Of a stretch of DNA of 27,646 nt, positions 24,396-27,646 are shown in pieces (within the stretch, counting starts at the first letter, position 1; each line of letters begins with the position of its first letter). The stretch comes from a candidate division WOR-3 bacterium. Lineage in GTDB: Bacteria; Hydrothermota; Tepidihabitantia; Tepidihabitantales; Tepidihabitantaceae. The stretch covers positions 1 through 27,646 of the forward strand of contig CBFGIY010000029.1 of the NCBI GenBank assembly GCA_965648935.1. The letters are read 5' to 3'. Made by a program: the position numbers and the translations under genes. The notes under the pieces are model-generated. The model was not told the origin of the DNA, ran no database searches, and worked only from the letters and a program-made list of their open reading frames with translations.

Positions 24396-25895
24396 TCACT
24401 GGCACAGCCTCGCCTCTCGCAACCAGTTGATATCCGAGAGGTAGAGCTTGCGGATGTCATCCAGGCCGAACCGCAGCATCGCGATGCGCTCGACCCCGCC
24501 GCCCCACGCCAGCACCGGCGAGCTGCAGCCCAGCGGCCGCGTCACCTCGGGCCGGAAAATCCCCGAGCCGCACATCTCGACCCAGCCGAGGCTGCCCATC
24601 TTGGCAAACACCTCGGCGCTCGGCTCGGTGTACGGGAAGAACGACGGCCGGAACCGCACCTCTTCGGCGCCCATCTTCCTGTAGAACGCCTCGAGCGTGC
24701 CGAACAGCGTCGCGAGCGTCGCCTTCTCGTCAATGATGATGCCGTCAATCTGCATGAACTCGGCGAGGTGGGTCTGGTCGGTGTTCTCGCGCCGGAAAGT
24801 CTTGCCGATACAGAACACCTTGCGCGGCGGCCTGGGGTCCGCGGCCAGAGCGCGTATCGACGCCGCGGTCGTGTGCGTGCGCAGCACCAGTTGCCGCGCC
24901 TTCTCGATGTCCCACTTGTAGCGCCAGCCGGTCGAGCCCGTATCGCCGCCGTCCTCGTGGGTGCGCTTGACGGTTTCGACCAGCCGCTCGTCGGGCAGCC
25001 GCCCGCTCTTCGGCTCGGCCATATAGAAAGTATCCTGCATCTCCCGCGCCGGGTGGTCCTGCGGCTGGAACAGCGCGTCGAACACCCAGAACGCGGTGTC
25101 GATGGCCGGCGAGGCGACTTCCTCGAACCCCATCTCGAGAAAAGCGCGTCGGATTTCCTGCACCACCCGCTGCAGCGGATGCTCCTTGCCCGGGTACCGC
25201 GGCGCGGTCGCCAGCCCCGGGTCATAACGCTTGAAAGTAACCTCCCGCCACTTGCCCGAAACCAGCAGTTCGGGTGTGAGTTGCGTTACCTCGACCGCCG
25301 GTTCGATGCCCGCGGCCTTGAGCGCTGCGCCCGCCGAGGTCAGCTCGACCGAGCGGGTCACGCGCTTCTTGCGCTTCAGCAGTTCGTTGCGGCCCTTGAG
25401 CAGTTCCAGCCCGGCGCGGTCCAGTTCCGACTCGGTCGCGCGGTCCACGGTTGCCAGTTTCTCGACCAGCAGCTCGTCCGCGCCCTTGGACAGAAGCGCC
25501 GCTTCGCCCTTCTCGGTCAGGGCCAGCACCCCGGCGTCGCGGCTGCACCAGCCCTTCTTCGTCAGCCACTTCACCTCGGCGCGCGTGTCGCTCTTGCCCA
25601 GAAGCTTCGGCAGTTCCGCAAACCCGACCGCGCCGCCCGCGGCCTTCAGCGCGACCAGCGCCGCCCGCTCAGGAAAGCCGGTCGCTGCCGCGGCCCGGCC
25701 CTCATCGGTCAGGCTCAGCTCCTCCTGCGCGGTCTCGGTGATACTCACCAGCCCGCGCTCTTTGAGGAGCGTCGCCCCGGCCATCACCAGCGACTGGTCA
25801 GCCCCGGACTGCGCGACGATGTCGGCGACCGGGACTGCCCGGCCCGGTTCCAGCGCGGCCAGGATGCGGTGCTCGATTTCAGGTAGCCTGATCAC
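24396..25895 (-). CDS. pheS: Phenylalanine--tRNA ligase alpha subunit, archaeal/eukaryotic long type (499 aa)
   Basis: ~220-aa N-terminal winged-helix-like extension. 'GKEHPL', 'FDALFQPQDHPAREMQDTFY', 'LVLRTHTTA.S', 'FRRE..D.THLAEF.Q', 'RPSFFPYTEPS', 'GIFRPEV', 'LAWG.G.ER.AM'. Confidence 0.95.
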   Translation of the reverse strand: MIRLPEIEHRILAALEPGRAVPVADIVAQSGADQSLVMAGATLLKERGLVSITETAQEELSLTDEGRAAAATGFPERAALVALKAAGGAVGFAELPKLLGKSDTRAEVKWLTKKGWCSRDAGVLALTEKGEAALLSKGADELLVEKLATVDRATESELDRAGLELLKGRNELLKRKKRVTRSVELTSAGAALKAAGIEPAVEVTQLTPELLVSGKWREVTFKRYDPGLATAPRYPGKEHPLQRVVQEIRRAFLEMGFEEVASPAIDTAFWVFDALFQPQDHPAREMQDTFYMAEPKSGRLPDERLVETVKRTHEDGGDTGSTGWRYKWDIEKARQLVLRTHTTAASIRALAADPRPPRKVFCIGKTFRRENTDQTHLAEFMQIDGIIIDEKATLATLFGTLEAFYRKMGAEEVRFRPSFFPYTEPSAEVFAKMGSLGWVEMCGSGIFRPEVTRPLGCSSPVLAWGGGVERIAMLRFGLDDIRKLYLSDINWLREARLCQ

Positions 25896-25904
25896 TATGG
25901 CCTG

Positions 25905-25932
25905 AATATGCCCGAAAAACCGGGCTGGTCAA
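25905..25932 (-). promoter_or_regulatory. Probable sigma70 promoter of pheST (near-leaderless)
   Basis: Minus strand TTGACC-16-CATATT-9 nt-GTG (25895), no SD. Confidence 0.45.
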
Positions 25933-26000
25933 GAGAGCGGGGATTGCCGGTCGGGTTGCTCGGCGGCCGAATGGAGCGGTGAACTGGCCGCATACCGATG

Positions 26001-26030
26001 TTGACGGGCGTCGGACGAGGACGCTAAGAT
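26001..26030 (+). promoter_or_regulatory. Probable sigma70 promoter of the lipoprotein gene
   Basis: TTGACG-18-TAAGAT. Confidence 0.45.
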
Positions 26031-26103
26031 GCGGGCGGGGGCGGAGAGGAAGGACGGGGCAGGGATGATGGAGGACAAGACCGCGAGCTTGAAGGAGGTA
26101 CGC

Positions 26104-27216
26104 GTGAGAAGACCGGTCTTTATAGTGGCAGCGCTCCTGGCGCTGGTGTCCTGCGGCAAGGCCGACAACCCGCCGACAATAGCATGGAAGACCGTCTACC
26201 CCGGGCACGATGCATCATCCGGAGATTGGATGGAGCCTGCTCACGGCCATGGCTACGTGCTGACAGGTCTCACGACAGGCGGTGACAGCGTGTTCTTCGT
26301 TTCGCTGATGCTGCTCAAGGTCGATACCGCCGGAGCAGTCGAGTGGGAACGCACCTACTCAGGACTGCAATCCTACAGTGCCCGCTGCGCACGGAAGACA
26401 AGGGACGGAGGCTATCTGCTCTTCGGCTCTGCGGCTCTGCCGTTCACATTGCCTCAGCCATATGCCATGAAGCTAGGGTCGCAGGGTGACACGTCGTGGA
26501 CCAAGGTCTTCATCGAAGAACATCTTCAGTGTGGGTACAGCGCAGTGCAAGCAAGCAACGGGGGGTACGTCTTTGCGTGCGGAAACCCGGGCGCCGATTC
26601 TGGCGTCGTCGTTGTTGCGACCGACTCGAACGGTAGCGCGGTTTGGGTACGCAGGTTGATGGAGCCGTGCTGGCCGTCAGTAGAGAATCTGCCGCTGATC
26701 GGTTCTGCGACCGGAGGGTACCTGGTTGGCGCCCGAGGTCTGACCAGATTGGATTCAGCCGGCCACGTTGTATGGTCCTGAACGGACGAACGGATTCTGC
26801 GTGTACACGACTTGCTTGAACTAGCGGACGGAGACATCGTAGGGGTTGGCAAGGGCTTCTACGGCGGGCGAACCACGCCTGACTCGACCAGCGCGCTTCT
26901 CTTTTGCACAGACGCCCTTGGCAACACTCGATGGGTGAGCGTAGTCGATGACAGGGCGTCGGCAGGAGCGCTTGCAGTGGCTGCGGGACCGAATGCCGGC
27001 TACACGGTTGGCGTCAAGAGATGGCGACAACCCGGAGGCCTGGTGGTGCACACCGACTCAACAGGTGGTGTCACCTGGAAGAGGGAGGTCGACGGGCCAG
27101 AGGTTCGGCGTGTACTCGTGACTGCAGATGGCTCAGTGCTCGCGCTCGGTACAAGCAGTGTCGCAGACTCGGCTGGCTCCAAGGGCGTAATGAGCCTATG
27201 GAAGCTACGGCCCTAG
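26104..27216 (+). pseudogene. Beta-propeller lipoprotein gene interrupted by a single in-frame TGA (26779-26781)
   Basis: SD AAGGAGG, GTG start, lipobox LVSC. Blades such as 'LLKVDTAGAVEWERTY', 'ATDSNGSAVWVR' and 'CTDALGNTRWV' continue in the same frame on both sides of the TGA. Confidence 0.7.
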
Positions 27217-27233
27217 ATGCACTGGAGACAACG

Positions 27234-27578
27234 ATGAGAAGCTACCTGATGGCATCTATAGCGGCGATGTCTTTGGTTGCTGCCGACGCGGTCGCCAAAG
27301 AGTGGAATAACCCAGGTGCTGAGGCCGCGCTGCAACAGGCGGTCAGGAACCACAAAGACCTACCGAATTGCGCGATGTTCACAGTGGCCGCTCACAACGG
27401 GGGGACTGGGGACCTCATAGCAGCACACCCAAACTCCTCGGGGGAGAATCTCTGCAAGAACCCCATGTTCTTGCACGACCCCGAGACCGGTCGTTACCCG
27501 TCATTAACTGCCCCTTTCGTAGATGATGTCATGGTGGACTTCCCCCGATGTGAAGGACATGCGGGAAAGCGGCTGTAG
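27234..27578 (+). CDS. Small hypothetical secreted protein
   Basis: SD GGAG, ATG 27234, signal-peptide-like MRSYLMASIAAMSLVAADAVA. No recognisable domain. Confidence 0.5.
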   Translation: MRSYLMASIAAMSLVAADAVAKEWNNPGAEAALQQAVRNHKDLPNCAMFTVAAHNGGTGDLIAAHPNSSGENLCKNPMFLHDPETGRYPSLTAPFVDDVMVDFPRCEGHAGKRL

Positions 27579-27646
27579 ACTCATATCGGCGGTACCGAAT
27601 GGTCGAGCAATCGAGGTCCGGAGTCCGCAAGAACTACACGCGTGAG

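Noticed and set aside
26779..26781. Genome-wide TGA recoding (code 4/25)
   Set aside because: TGA terminates several clear genes here at their expected ends (for example 1761, pheS and the methyltransferase), and Trp is encoded by TGG throughout.

Overview
High-GC bacterial chromosomal window. The secreted beta-propeller protein with a 'LLDAAGRRVMAL..G.NDVSRLAPGVYFV' C-terminal sorting domain is typical of candidate division WOR-3, which is an inference. About 24 real CDSs are present. They include pdxA behind an ABC-2 exporter operon, a stand-alone AAA+ ATPase, a GT4 glycosyltransferase, a secreted protein with three LytR_C-like repeats, and a pruA/rocA + ArcE/COG2403-family P-loop enzyme + membrane protein operon. 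The rest are an HD protein, a DUF559 nuclease, a methyltransferase/AIR-synthase-family/VOC operon, a VIT-vWA protein, a receiver + ferritin-like pair, archaeal/eukaryotic-type pheS-pheT, and a lower-GC right end with a lipoprotein gene split by an in-frame TGA. No tRNA, rRNA, CRISPR array or transposase was found. The leads, strongest first: (1) a divergent arginine-synthetase-like enzyme with substituted family motifs, co-transcribed with P5C dehydrogenase behind a ~215-nt structured leader that could be an unknown riboswitch; (2) 7-nt-periodic, partly palindromic tracts at four intra-operon gene junctions, one translated as an N-terminal extension; (3) recurrent near-consensus sigma70 promoters placed to give leaderless or near-leaderless mRNAs; (4) archaeal-type PheRS with a Cys4 zinc-ribbon insertion in the beta subunit. 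All calls are by eye; no searches were run.
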